Assembly (NCBI RefSeq): GCF_006345805.1
Contig: NC_043002.1
Location: 6,944,001-7,008,000, forward strand
Source of the DNA: Octopus sinensis
Taxonomy: Eukaryota
Reading direction: 5' to 3'
DNA length: 64,000 nt
Shown: in pieces, positions 49,416 to 63,970 of the stretch
Layout: the number at the start of each line of letters is the position of its first letter
Numbering within the stretch: the first letter of the stretch is position 1
Translations under genes and position numbers: made by a program
Notes under the pieces: generated by a model
Databases searched by the model: none
Seen by the model: the letters and a program-made list of their open reading frames with translations, nothing else
What the model was told of the DNA's origin: nothing

Positions 49416-50843
49416 CTATTTGCTAATTCGACTTGTTAGAAATAACAGCTAAATCTTCTTCAAAACACAGCGTACTACTTTTTATTTTATTTTACTTTTC
49501 AAGAACAGGGATGCTATTATACCGCATCAAGAAAACAAAAAAAAGGGCAGAATACCTTTTGATCATGGGTCTGTTTGATCCGAGCTGACCTGGGAATTGA
49601 CAATAACAGTAACAACAACAGGGACCACATCGACAGCAACAACAACAACATCATCAACAGTAGTAGCAACATAATATTGTAAGAAGTCAATAAAAACAAA
49701 ACGAAGAAACAAATGAGCCATAAACAGAAATACATCCAGAAAAATAAACTGAAACAATCATTGTTCTGTTCTGTCGTAAATTCTTCGAATATATCTCAGC
49801 CTTTTATCCGGCATTCTTCCGTCTTCGAGAGGATAAGCTCATTTCAAAATGCTATTTAGCTTGAGGCATATTTTTCTCAAATAGAACAAACAATTTTTTT
49901 ATTCTTTTTTCTCTGTTCTGTTCTCTTTTTTTTCTTTTTTTTTTGCTTTGTTTTTACAGATATTTTTTTTCCTCATCCAACTCGTTTCGCAATTCTTGGC
50001 ATTTTTTTTAACAACCTTGCACTCACTCTCTCCTTTTCTAATTTTTCACTATTTCTCTTTATGTCTCTCTCTCTCTCTCCCTCCACTCTCTCCTTTCTCT
50101 CTTCCTCCCTTTCCCTCTCACATCCTAAGTCTGCCTCTCTTACTTTCTCTTTCTCTTTCATTAATTCTCGTCACTTTTTGTGTCCACATATATTTCGAAT
50201 GAAACCCAAATAATTCGCGAATATCTGACGAACAGCATTCCTTTATTCTTACCTTGCAATACATTCGACAGAATTTCGGTGAAAAAAGAAACAAAAAGGA
50301 AAAAAGAAAAGAAAATACAAAAATAAAACCTCTTTCATCTACCTATATTAACTATCACAGGTGATGTCAGTAATTCTCTCTTCAAATGAAATGTGATGAT
50401 AAAATGAGAATTATACATATTTTCCGTCTTTTATGTAACGCAGTTGCCTTCTCAAGTACCTCAACGTAGGTGAAACTACTCAGACCGGAAGCAAACGGTG
50501 ACTAATTCTAAATCAAGTTACTGCACTACACTGGTAGTGCCTACTATTCATATATTGATTTCTATATTTCTACGTGCCAACGAGAGAAACACATGTGTAG
50601 TCTCTCGTCATGCTAAAGATAGCAACCAAGTTTCCCTAGTTGTGTCTGAAAGATCATAGCTAGAATTTCTTCTATGATAGGCCTGTTTGGTAGGCACTAA
50701 ACAACGTAGAGATTCATTTGAACAAGTTATAACACTAAATTTGCTTAAGAATGGTTAAATGCAGGCTATACAGATAACAATTGTGAAATGAAATTTTCTT
50801 AGCTTCCACCTAAAATTACACACCATGTTCTCTCTCTATTTAT

Positions 50844-50913
<70 letters not shown>

Positions 50914-50951
50914 CTCCCGACCTCCTTCCCCTTCTCTCTTCCTTACACCTA

Positions 50952-52090
50952 TCAGGTCATCCCATAAGTTCTGTCCGAGTTTACCTTTTTTTAAAATTGA
51001 AAGAAATTTAATAGTATTTTAGAATGTCTAATGGAATTAAAAATTATTTTTATGCATTTGTGTACATTTAAACTAATTAATTATTTTACAGAATAATATA
51101 ATTAAATTTCTTTGATTAAAACCCTTTTTAACATGGAAGTATCCAAAGAGCATTTGTGGCACATAATGCCTTAAGAGTACAAAAAAGGAAACTTTGCATC
51201 CGAAGCGACTCAAAACATACACTCAGTTTATGGGAAAGAATGTTCGAATGAAAGAACTTGCAGAAGATGGTTTGCAAAATTCAGAAGTGGAGATTTCAGC
51301 CTTGAAGATGAAGATCGAACAGGACGTCCAGTTGAGTTTGATGATAAGCTCCTTGTGGCATTGAAAGCAACCGCAAATTCCGAGTTGACATCTGCTCTTC
51401 TCTCTATTCTCGCGAACTCATTTCACCCTTTTAGGATAGACTTATGACTAGTGACGAAAAATGGATCTTCTATCGAAAAGTTAAACGTCGTAAATAGTGG
51501 CTTGGTAAAAGGGAAAATGCTCAACCACAACCGAGAAAGGAACTTCATAGGAAAAAGGTTCTTCTCACTATCTGGTGGGATTGCAAATGAGTAATTCACT
51601 TCGAATTGTTACCATCTAATGCAACAATCAATGCTCAAGTCTACTGTCAGCAATTAGAGCGTTTGAACCAAGCTTTGAAGAAAAAAAGATCCGCTTTAGT
51701 TAATCGAAAAGGAGTGATGTTTAATCGGGACAATGCGCAACCCCACACGGCAAAGATCACATCACAGAAGATCGAAGAGTTTGGTTGGGAAAAAATTCCT
51801 CATCCACTTTATTCTCCCGACCTTGCTCCTTCAGACTACCATTTATTACAGAATCATTTGGAGGACATAACTTTCGCAAGCCTGGAGGAGGTCGAAACTG
51901 ACATTTCCAAGTTCTTTGCTTTGAAACCAAAAGAGTTTTACATTGATGGAAGTAAAAAGTTCGTAAATAGATGGAAGGAATCGTAGATAACCAGGGAAAG
52001 TACACTGATGATTAAATTTCAATTACATATAACATTTGATCACTTGTTTTCTTTATTCAAAATTCGGACAGAACTTATGGGATGACCTGA
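50952..52090 (+). mobile_element. Mariner (DD34D) with perfect 27-bp TIRs, TA TSD and an internal deletion
   Basis: TA|TCAGGTCATCCCATAAGTTCTGTCCGA ... TCGGACAGAACTTATGGGATGACCTGA|TA; motifs MTSDEKWIFY, DNAQPH, YSPDLAPSDY. Confidence 0.95.
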
Positions 52091-53458
52091 TAGATAAAGG
52101 GAACAATCTTAAGCGTTAAAGTCTTCAGTTTACATGGAAATTAAGTTTATTGACCTCGTCTAGAATCTAACCTATGTGATACTTATTGCCAAATCAAACC
52201 ATTACTAGTTTCCATGGATTCTTGCACACCCTGTGAAGAAATGATTAGCTCAGCTGTTAAACAAAACTTACCACATTTTTTGTGCTATGCTCACCAGAAA
52301 ATATTTTACATTAGTTTCCTGTTTATTACTTATTTTGTAGCAGGATTTAACATCAAATTTAGACCTGAAGTTCCCAATAATTTTCTTTTTTTACATGCTC
52401 ACTTCATCACTCAAAAACATTTGATACCCTTTCGTTAACATGAAAGGTACTAGAAATCGTTAACAAATCGGGTACTAGAAAGTTTTAATTTTAAATATGT
52501 ACAATATTTTATATTTTAATCCGAATCAAGTCGGCTCATCAATCACAAGACATATCTAACAGAGAATCTTTAGTGGAAGTAAGTCTTTGCAACTATTAAC
52601 ACAATATATGTATGTAATATTTATGTGTGTTTACGCATGCGCGAATGTGGGTGTATATTATATATAGATATTATATATGTGGCATGTATTATTATGTTAT
52701 ATATTAATACTTAATGGCTATAGATATTATAATTTCCAATTCAACAAGACTCTCAGGCCGTTGAATGTTTGCCATTACATTCATCCAAGCAACAAATCAT
52801 TGTATACAAAGCATATACAAAAGCACCCGAACGCTATCACCTCAAAAGTCTTATAGCTTAATAAAAGAAAAAAATGAAGACAATCGGTTATAGTAATAAT
52901 TTTAATATTACACTTGGACTTAATCAACGTAGACAAAAGTGGAACAATGTGAATGAGTTTCAAATAGTTTTGGTAGAATTCTTTGCAAGGAGAACCGATT
53001 TATTTCCAACAAAAATCAGGGGCTATATGATTTGATGTTTTGCTTATTATTAATAATGTCGTCAGTGAAAATCTCAAGTATGCATGCCAAATTAGAATCT
53101 TCCAGAAATGATTTAAGGAAACGGCCTTTGGAATGATTTCAAAAGGCCAATCTTGTTAAATCCTGTGTCACTGAGAACTACTTTAAGGGTATGCGTATCT
53201 ATGAAGTGCGCAGCCACTTACATATTAACTTCACGAGCAGGCTGTTCCGTTGGTCGGATCAGCTGGAACCCTTGTTAGCAAAACCGATAGAGTACCCATT
53301 TATTTATTTACTGAAATGTGTTTCAAGGAAAAATGTCCTGTAATTTCACAAGGTGCCACACAGGCACAAAGACACACGTACAAACGCATACATACGAACC
53401 TATAAACATTATCCAATGTTCTCTTTTTTTAAGATTAAAAGAGTAGTTTGGTGGAACT

Positions 53459-53842
53459 TTGGTTGCTGTTGCTGTTGAGCGATTGTTCTTCGTCCCAGAG
53501 CTCACAAGGTGGGAGAAGTCCGAAACGTGGTCCTTTGCTATTCGTAAAACCCGCAGAAGAGAAATTAGGTCAACCCCCGACACCGAGAGCATCGACGTAT
53601 GGTGAATGCGCATCCAGGCTCAGCGGTTGCGTAGGAAGCCGGGGACAAGAAACAGGAAGAAAGAGTGAGAGAAAGTTGGGGCGAAAAAGTACAACAGGGG
53701 TCGCCACCACCCCCTACCGGAGCCTCGTGGAGCTTTAGGTGTATTCGCTCAATAAACACACACAACGCCCGGTCTGCGAATCGAAACCGCGATCCTCCGA
53801 CCGCGAGTCCGCTGCCCTAACCACTGGGCCATTGCGCCTCCA
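53459..53842 (-). mobile_element. SINE family D, full length
   Basis: GGAGGCGCAATGGCCCAGTGGTTAGGGCAGCGG head on the minus strand; (CAA/CAG) tail. Confidence 0.9.
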
Positions 53843-56389
53843 CTTCGGTTGCTGTGTCTAGCTGATCGAGCAGCCAATAACAATAGAAAGTATAAATGGG
53901 CAAAACTGAGTTCGAAATAATTAAGCATCACCGGTGCAGAGTTAAAAGTTCAAAACTCAAGAAAAATGCGACTTCCAGGCAAACACGTCATTTTTTAACT
54001 ATGCAACTATATCTTAATTTAACGGTTGGTGGAAACGTTTGGGTCTGCTTTCACCGGATCTCAGCTTCTTTGATAATTATTCATCGACGAAAGAAACACA
54101 CACACACACACATGTATGTACGTACGTATGTCTGTGTATGTATGTATGTATGTATGTATACACACGCACATGCACTCATGTACAGACTTGAAAGTCTTTT
54201 AATGTTGGAATTTTACAAAAGAATGCGAGCGTGTTTATGTGTATGTTTGTGCATGTTTTCTTCGAGATTTCTTCGAGTCTTCAGATTTCAAACCGCTCCG
54301 AACCTGTAGAATGGTATACAAATCTTCACTGTACCACTTATCGATCGGATTTTGAGGTCACGTGTCAATTTGCTTTTTTTTTTTTGTTCTCGCATAACAC
54401 CGACATTAAGAGACTACTTTGAAGTAAATCTTTTACTAATTAGCCCAGTGTTCCTATGATAATTGGTGCAAATGAAAATCAGTAGCAGAAAGCAAAGATC
54501 TCTAAGTTCGGTATTAATTCACTCAATAAATTCTCCACAGCTTCATGCAAAATAGTTCCATCTCTTGGGCAGGTGGAATCGTCAACACTGCATTAGTATG
54601 TTACCTGTTCTGTGGAAGAATATCAGACCTGTTGAGGTTTGCTATGAATTTCTGGGTTCCATGGGAGCTTCCCACAGCATTCAATATTTTTTAATTTATG
54701 GGTTTGTTGTTTTCTATGTGCGTTTGTTATACCCACTGTAACTATCTGTTTTTCATACGGGTAGCATTGTAACGAGTTCATACAAAGATCGATGCTTCAT
54801 AGGAGGTCCCTACATTACAAATTCTTCTGCTGTTCATATGAGTGGTATGTAGGTAAATATGTACGTTTTGGAGACAGAATAAGTTCCAGGCCTTAACTAG
54901 AATAAGTACTAGGGTCGATTCATTCGATTAAAAATTCTTCAAGGCGGTGCCCCAGGATGGATGCATTATAAGAACTGAAACAAATAAAACATTCTTCAGT
55001 TCTGGGGTCGATTTGTCCGACTAAAAGTGGTGCTCCAGCATGGAATGAGTGACCAAAGCGAAAAATTATAAACACCTTTTACACAACTAGTAGTAAACGC
55101 TTTAACATATACACATGTATGTGCACGTGTATATGTATGTGTACGCAGAAGTCGTCACGGGTTCAATACCCAATACGAATGGTTTTATCCTGAAGCACAC
55201 TCATTCAGGTCTCATATCAATCTGTGCTTTTAGAAAAAAGGGGAAAATAAGGTGTAGATCTTTCGGTGATCTTTCCGTTTGATTTTGTACTCCGACGCAT
55301 TTTTTTAATTGCTAAGTGCAAATAACTACATTTGTTTGTTGTATTACTTTTCTATTCAATGTCTTAATGAAAATGCAGGATTATAAATTATTTGCTTAAT
55401 TTATCTCTCCAGCATGAATATGTATCATTTACGTGCGACCTTTAGCATGGGATTTACAGAAGTCATCTCCTTCATCTTCAAGTAGCCTCATGTGAGACGC
55501 TTTTCAAACATTGCGACAGGAACCTCGCCCCGCTAATTCCGTTGTGTGTCTCTACCCATAACATGGATGTATTTGAGTGGTCTTCGTCTTTTATTACGAA
55601 GCAAAATCTCCAAAATATAAGATTTAGTAGACACTTGTATGTTTGAATGAACATATGCCTTCAGTTTTGTTGATGGATGTATGTGTGTATGCGATATGAC
55701 ATATTTTTAGTTTCATATTTTCAGTTAGATTATTTTCACGAAGTATTTTTTTAAAAAATACTTAACTTAACATTCGGGTAAAAGTATTATGTGAAGCGTA
55801 TGATACTACGACGTATCACGTTGCTTTAATGGGAGAGCATGAAATTTTCCGTTTTAATCCGCTCGCTCGTAAAGTGTAGCAGACTAGGTTCCCTAACTAA
55901 GTATTCGTTTTTGGAACGTATACTAGTAAACCTTCTGCAAATGTTGATGAAGTCTTTGAAATCTACGGGAATGACAGTCTCCTAACATAATTTACGAAAA
56001 TATTTTGTTGGGTTTTCAAGTTAACTCTAGTGTAATATAGAGAAAGTCAATACAAATCATATTAGCAGCTATAGTAATGTTATTATCTTAGTTGATAAAA
56101 TCGTAATGATATTATTCCTACATTTGTCTCTATTGTGAACGTTTGCACCTTTTGCTATAACGAAATCATTTTCTCTTTAAACTCCAACTTCTATTTTCAT
56201 AAATTTCTTAGAAAGTGCACAAAGATCTACAAACACAGATCTCAAATATCTGCGATAATTTTTTTGTCTTTCTGTAAATTCGAATATCGAACTTTCCTTA
56301 TGTATACACGTATATGTATGCATGCTTATATGTATATGATTATACACATATATACATATATATATATACATACATGTATGTACTTACAT

Positions 56390-56465
<76 letters not shown>

Positions 56466-56466
<1 letters not shown>

Positions 56467-56799
56467 GAGACCCCTTCGGTCATGACTGACCGTGGGATTG
56501 CTCCTAGAAAGTTACCTTCCCAGGCACAAGTCCGAGCAAGGTTGTTTATGGAGCACCAGCAGTCGCCCATGCATACCAGCCTCCCCTCTCCACGCCACCA
56601 GTGTTATCCAAGGGAAAGGCGACAGCAGATACAGCTTGACACTTGTGACGTCGCAACTCATTTCTACAGCTGAGTGAACTGAAGCAACGTGAAATAAAGT
56701 GTCTTGCTCAAGAGCACAACACGCAGACCGGTCCGCGATTCGAACTCACAACCTCACAATCGTAAGCTCGACGCTCTAACCACTGAGCCATGCGCCTTC
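56466..56799 (-). mobile_element. tRNA-derived SINE, family E
   Basis: GAAGGCGCATGGCTCAGTGGTTAGAGCGTCG...GAGTTCGAATC...CTTGAGCAAGACACTT. Confidence 0.9.
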
Positions 56800-57197
56800 A
56801 CACACACACACTCTCTCACACACACACACACACACAAATATATATGTATGTATATATATAACTTACTGTTAATGCAAGTTAAGGTGCGTTGCGTTCCGTT
56901 ACTTAATGAATGAAAAACTGTATTTTAAATAAACAAACCACATAACGCAAGCTGAGTGTACAACCGGACATGAGACAGACACAGGAGGTCCCTAATTCTT
57001 CATCAGTTATCAAACAAATGGTATTACTCAAACCAACCAAATGATATTAATGGTGTGAAACTAAGTAATACCATTTGGTTGATAAGTGGTGAAGATTAGG
57101 GACCTTCTGTGTCTGTCTCCCGTCCGGTTGTACACTCAGGATACGTTATGTCGTTTGTTCATTTACAACACGTTTATTACATATATACATATACATA

Positions 57198-57616
57198 CCT
57201 ATTTCTTTACTACCCACAAGGGGCTAAAATCAGAGAGGACAAAGAAGGACAGACAAACGAATTAAGTCGATTATATCGACCCCAGTGCGTAACTGGGGCT
57301 TATTTAATCGACTCCCAAAGGATGAAAGGCAAAGTCGACCTCAGCGGAATTTGAACTCAGAACGTAGCGGCAGACGAAATACCTATTTCTTTACTACCCA
57401 CAAGGGGCTAAACACAGAGAGGACAAACAAGGACAGACAAACGGATTGAGTCGATAATATCGACCCCAATGCGTAACTGGTGCTTATTTAATCGACCCCG
57501 AAAGGGATGAAAGGCAAAGTCGACCTCGGCGGAATTTGAACTCAGAACGTAACGGCAGACGAAATACCGCTAAGCATTTCGCCCGGCGTGCTAACGTTTC
57601 TGCCAGCTCACCGCTT
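57198..57616 (-). mobile_element. SINE family A head-to-tail dimer
   Basis: Junction GACGAAATAC|CTATTTCTTTAC at 57382/57383, same as the 13 kb dimer. Confidence 0.9.
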
Positions 57617-58752
57617 ATGATAACTGAATACCGATAAGTTAAGTTTTTGACCAAGTTTTACTATATGTCTTGAAGAATTTTTACTCTATGAAAACTTTAC
57701 TACAAATTCTTAAAATATGCTATAGAATTAACTAATACTACACATATGTACACACATACACATACATAAGTAGTTACACACATAATCTTATTACGCATTC
57801 AAGCTTGAATGTATACATGCATTTTTACTAGACACAAGTATAAAAAAAAACAGAAGCATATAACATACCAATCGTCTCAGTAGTACTTTGACTCCAATTT
57901 TACTTTAATATGAATTTCTTTGGACAGACGACCTATAGCAGGAAAAAAGTCCCCGTGCGTCAAAGTGGGTCTCCAATTCCAAGAATCCAGTCTCAAATAT
58001 TAGTGAATCGATCAATCATCTACGTATGGCAATATAATCTAACACTTAGATTTTTTTTTTAGTTTTGACACTTGAAAAATAAATGAAATAAAATATTTTT
58101 TTGTTGTTGAAAAAATTTAAATATTAATAGTCTCGGATAATTGAGATTCATTTTATACTTTTTATTTATGCTTTTTATTTATTTATGTAATGGTAATGGT
58201 ATTTCTATACAGTGGTCTAACTATTAACTGTTTTCAAATTAGTGAGGCACAGTCGACGGCGTCACTCATGGCATTTGGCCTGGCTGTTTCCAGATATTGC
58301 AGAGTTATGGAAACTTAAATACAAGCTGTCAGGTATAGAAAGTTTCTTATTTGCATGTTTATGAGTTCAAAGTAGAGCATTGGCATTTCTGCCTTTGGTT
58401 CCTATGTTTTTCTTTAATCGATTATTCATGGGAAAATAGCAGTGCCAGTAACCTTTCAGGGCCTCAAAGACTAGTGAAAAGGGGAGAGATAGGGGAATCC
58501 TTAGGCCAGAAACCTGCTTCGAATGCTTACAATAAAGCGAATGTCACTAAAATTACCTGAAGTGACGTTGAACAGGGTGAGGATCCATAAAACTAACACT
58601 CAACTAGGTCTCAGCTGGACATAAAACCGCCAATATTTGAAATCGGGATACAACGATATGCAAGGAATCCCATCCGACTCCTAAAAATTTCGCCTGTTCT
58701 GCTCTAGACTATATTTGATTCATGAACCTCTGAATAAGGACAGGCAATATTT

Positions 58753-59973
58753 TCCTCGGCCGGATTTGAACTCAGAATGCAAGGAGCGGAGTAGATCTTG
58801 CTAGGATTTTCGTCTACTCTTCTCTGCCAACTCGCTGCCTCTTGACGATGTTCACTCTAGTAACTCCTTGTAAAGTACTAGAGTTAATTAAAAAAAATTG
58901 CTTTTTGCAAAAGTTGTCAATCCCTCTCATGAGAGAACTTGTCGGCGATCACTCTACAAGCTAGAAATAGCAATTAAATTCTTTCAGATAACAACCTAAT
59001 GTCTTTAAAGAAAAATGCAAGGTTGCATTGGATAATGCAGTAACAGATAAGAGAAAAAGTGGAATGGCCTTTGATCATATATCTGCTTCAAATGCATATG
59101 AACTGGAGCTAACCACCAACAACAAAGCAACGGTAAGAAAACAAACAGTCAATCAATAGCCGGACCAACTTTGTTTGGTGCAGTATATCGGAAGGTAATT
59201 GTTTCTACTTTATTTTTCGATTTTGTCGATATTGATATCACACTTCAAAAAGTAAGGAAATGAGCTTCCAATGTTCTTAGTATTTCAAATGGCATTATTG
59301 ATATAAAAGAACGAAAATAATTCCAAAAACGAAACGTGAAACGTGAAATCGATTCGCTGATACATGCAAACACACACAAACACACAAACACACACGCACA
59401 CATGCTCACGCATTAGACATCAGCTCTGCAAAACAGCAGACCATATTTGACCAAGACTACTTCTCAACATTTTTTTACCAGAAGGTCTTAAAGTTTTATA
59501 ATGAAATGAAAAACGTGAGCTTCTACGTGGCTACTTAACAGGCCAAAGAATAGCCAGGTCTCTCTCAAATTACACACAATACTTTCTTTAAAGAACCGGT
59601 TTCATAGAATAATGCAGTTTTAGATACACTATGCTCGAAAAGGGATGAAGTGTTATGGATAAAAAGATTGCATGAAGGATGATTCTATATTAAACTATAA
59701 ATTTATAATATCGTAATGTCTTTCGACAATGCAGATAGCTATTTCTTAATATTTGGTGGAGGTAATATAGCGAGTGGAAATTAACTATGCACATGGACAA
59801 TCCTCGGCAGGATTTGAACTCAGAATGCAAAGAGTGGAGTAGATCTTGCTAGGAATTTCGTCTGCTCTTCTCTGCCAACTCGCTGCCTCTTGATGATGCT
59901 CACTTTAGTAACTCCTTGTAAAGTACTAGAGTTAATTCAATTAAAATTGCTTTTTGCAAAAGTTGTCAATCCC
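58753..59973. repeat. Pair of 172-bp direct repeats (58753-58924 and 59801-59973)
   Basis: Both contain the same decayed SINE head plus the same non-SINE flank ending GCAAAAGTTGTCAATCCC. Confidence 0.85.
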
Positions 59974-61216
59974 CACAGTGCGGTGGGGCGTGGGTCTGAT
60001 CTGGTGGTAGGTCTGAGATGTTTGTAGATACATACGACAATGTTGTTTAGTTCCGGGTTAGCAGTGATTGCGCAGATGTATGATCAAAGCAACACCAGCA
60101 GAAACCAACGCGTTTTCCTTTTTCCGTTAGACACAGCATATCTAGTATGTGACACTTCTTAAAAATTAAGAAATAGTATTAAGTTGTTTAGGGAAAATGT
60201 TACTGGTCTTCTAGAAAGACGGGTAGCCATCTAAAGGTGGTCTACAATTTTCACACTTGAATAATATTTTATTACAAAAATGAAAACTTATTTTTATTTC
60301 ATGTGAGAGAAGTCACTTGAATAGCCTGGTATTGCACGCTGTGGGGCCCAAGGTAAAGTTGGAGATGAAACCGTAGGTGAATAGATGCAACTAAATAACA
60401 ACAGGTTTATCGCGTGTTCACATCTTTACATTATCCACAAAATTTTAATTTTATAACACACTGTTGTAATTTTAGTTTCAAATTTAAAATACTTCTTAAT
60501 TCGATAAATTTGTATATAAATTAATCTCACATAAAATATTTCAAAAAATACAAATATATAAAGAAAAGGACCCCAATTTGTTTTTCTTTAATGTCTTATT
60601 TTCTTCTCGAAAAAACAAAAAAGGAAAATTTATCTTGTACTTAATTCAGTCATTGACCTACTGTCATGACCCAGGATTTAAAAGTTTAATACTTATTTTA
60701 ACGGTCCTTTCGCCGAACCTCTGGGTTACGGAGACATAAACAAACCAACACTGGTTAATAAGCTCTGCTACTTGGAAAACACACACACGGTTGTGGGCGA
60801 TGGCTTTCCACCAAGTTTCTGTCTGCTAAATTCATTCCCAAGGCACTGAGTGACCCAGGTCTACAATAGGAGACACTTGTCTAACATGCTGCACAATGTA
60901 ACTGTATGCATATGTGTGTATGTGTGTATGTGCGCGTGTATGTATGTATATATACATATTTATAATATACATACATGATATATACTATATGATATATATA
61001 CATAGTATATACATCTTATATATAATATACAAAAGATGTATATTATATATATATATATATACATCTATCTATCTATCAATCTATATATATAATATAATAT
61101 AATATATAATATATATATATAAAAATGCGTATGTATGCCTTTATCTAGGTATATATATGTAAATATATATATATATATATTATATATATATATATATAGA
61201 TATTTATATATATATA

Positions 61217-61274
<58 letters not shown>

Positions 61275-62165
61275 TAATCCTCGTACTTTGAGGTAGCAGT
61301 ACTGAAACAATACTATGTGAATAGATTAAATAATAGCTCCTTGAGGTGTTATAGTTAATTACCTTTGAAATATTTCATGAAAAGTACGAAATGCAATAAG
61401 ATTGGTCTCGTTGTTATTTGAGATCAACGGAGCTAGTCTTTAAAACTTAGATCTTCAGATGTTAAAAAAATAATTCTTTGAAAAACAAAATGACCTTTTC
61501 TCGTAAAAGTTGGGTTTTTAATATCATTTTCATTGATTAAATTTCTATTTAGCTGAGATGAAGTAAAAATTCAAGTCTGAAACAAATGGCGACAAAATAA
61601 GGTGGGAGTGCAATGTTAAGGGTCTTCTTTCCTTCCCACTGATTTTCAACTGAGCCAAGTACTTTGTTATATTATTCAATAGGCAAAAACAAACCGCTTG
61701 AGGATTGATAACATAAATGGTCAAAACAAAAGCAAATAATTACTTTTGTGACCAGATTTCAACTTACTAGGAACTTTCGATTGTATATAAATGACCTTAT
61801 TATCGGTAGTATAGTTTCGCTTCATGAGATTGCAAAGAATTTTTATGTTTGGTGTACTTAGAATGTAATATATCCATAACTAAATTTGATTTTCTTCTTT
61901 TGTCTCGACAAATCGCAAGAAAATGGATACGGAGATGAACAAGGCGGGAAAAATGACTGTTGTGATGAACTTTGGAGAAAAGTTCATTTTAGCTTTGCCT
62001 TACGCACGATACAGAATCAATGACAACAACGAAGACGTTGTTAAGAAACACACCAACAAAAACAAACAAAACAAACAACAACAATAACAACAACAAACAA
62101 CACATTCTACGAAAAGAATAACATCATAAACAAGAATTTAGGTTCATGACGTTTAAGACAACATG

Positions 62166-62322
62166 AGTGGCTGTGTGGTAAGTAGCTTGCTAACCAACCA
62201 CATGATTCCAGGTTCAGTCCCACTGCGTGGCACCTTGGGCAAGTGTCTTCTACTATAGCGTCGGGCCGACTAAAGCCTTGTGAGTGGATTTGGTAGACGG
62301 GAACTGAAAGAAGCCTGTCGTA

Positions 62323-62355
<33 letters not shown>

Positions 62356-62577
62356 GCGTGTGTGTGTTTGTGTGTCTGTGTTTGTCCCCCTAGCATTGCT
62401 TGACAACCGATGCTGGTGTGTTTATGTCCCCGTTACTTAGCGGTTCAGCAAAAGAGACTGATAGAATAAGTACTAGGCTTACAAAAGAATAAGTCTCGGG
62501 GTCGATTTGCTCGATTAAAGGCGGTGCTCCAGCACGGCCACAGTCAAAGACTGAAACAAGTAAAAGAGTAAAAGAGT
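62166..62577 (+). mobile_element. SINE family C, full length
   Basis: GAGTGGCTGTGTGGTAAGTAGCTTGC head, internal (TA)/(GT) tract, GTAAAAGAGTAAAAGAG tail. Confidence 0.9.
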
Positions 62578-62832
62578 ATATAACTTATAATTATTTAATC
62601 GATTCTCGCTATACAGCAGGGTATTGCCGTTAATATAATACGGAATGGAACCCAACTATACAACCTGCTTACATTGTTATACATTTACTTACGGATTCTC
62701 CCATATCTACTTCGAAATATACAGTAAAGTATTCCGATAAAGTTATGATAATGTCCAACATATCCAGAGCTGTTTCCCCTACTTAACAAAACAAGTAAAA
62801 TAACATTGATCATTAATTAATATTGTTTTTTT

Positions 62833-62867
<35 letters not shown>

Positions 62868-63050
62868 TCCTCTCTCTCTCTCTCTCTCTATTCATCTCTC
62901 TCTCTCTCTCTCTCTCCCTCTCTCTCATTAGCTCCGCTCGAAACGTTGAATCCTCCTTCTGTCTTTCCTTTCCTCAGCATCCAATAACACTATACTTGTT
63001 CCACCTCCTCGCGTTGTGTTTTCTCTTTGTGTTTTCATGTTTGCATTAAG

Positions 63051-63092
<42 letters not shown>

Positions 63093-63356
63093 CATATATA
63101 TATATACATATATAATACATATATATATATACATATATATATATACATATATATAACATATATATATATACATATATTATACATATATATATATACATAC
63201 ATATTATATACATACATATATATATACATATATATACATATACATATATATATATACATATATATACATATACATATATATATATACATACATATATATA
63301 CATATATATACATATATATTATATATATATACATATATATATATATACATATATAT

Positions 63357-63970
63357 GACTGCCATTTCTAATTCCTTCGGTATGCGGCGAAACAGCCTGC
63401 TGCTAGCCACCTTATTTTCTTTACTATATACTGAACCTTACAAAGGTCCTGACAATTTGTCGTATTTACATACCGAAATTTACCGGTAAATAATTGTTGG
63501 TTACATGAAAACCACAGGAAAATTATTTACCATTTTTATTGCATTACCATTGGATTCCTCATTCCATTACGATTACCCAGAAGCGCGCATGGCAGAATTT
63601 TGGAGGGAAAATTTACGTTCCCAGTCCGTTTACTTGTTTTAACATCTGCGCACTTCCCCCACTATCTGATGTCGCTGGGTCAGAAGTGAGGGCTGGTGGC
63701 ATTTGTAAAGCTATCGAATATAGCGCTGACGACGGAATTCAAACTCCCTTTTTTTATATGTTTGTGATCCAGAACCGGTGTTCGCTATTACGGTAAGTGA
63801 CTGCCTTCGTATGTTTGCCACTCCGATTTTGTGTATGTGAGCCGTAGGGGCCTTCGTTTTTGGAATCTCCACTTATAGAAATGGAAAAAACGGTCTTTGA
63901 CTGCCATTTCTAATTCCTTCGGTATGAGGCGAAACAGCCTGCTGCTACCCACCCTATTTTCTTTACTATA
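63357..63970 (+). mobile_element. PLE-like remnant with direct repeats of about 70 bp
   Basis: GACTGCCATTTCTAATTCCTTCGGTATG...TTTTCTTTACTATATA at 63357-63430 and 63899-63972. An internal frame ending FLESPLIEMEKTVFDCHF* runs into the repeat. Confidence 0.55.
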
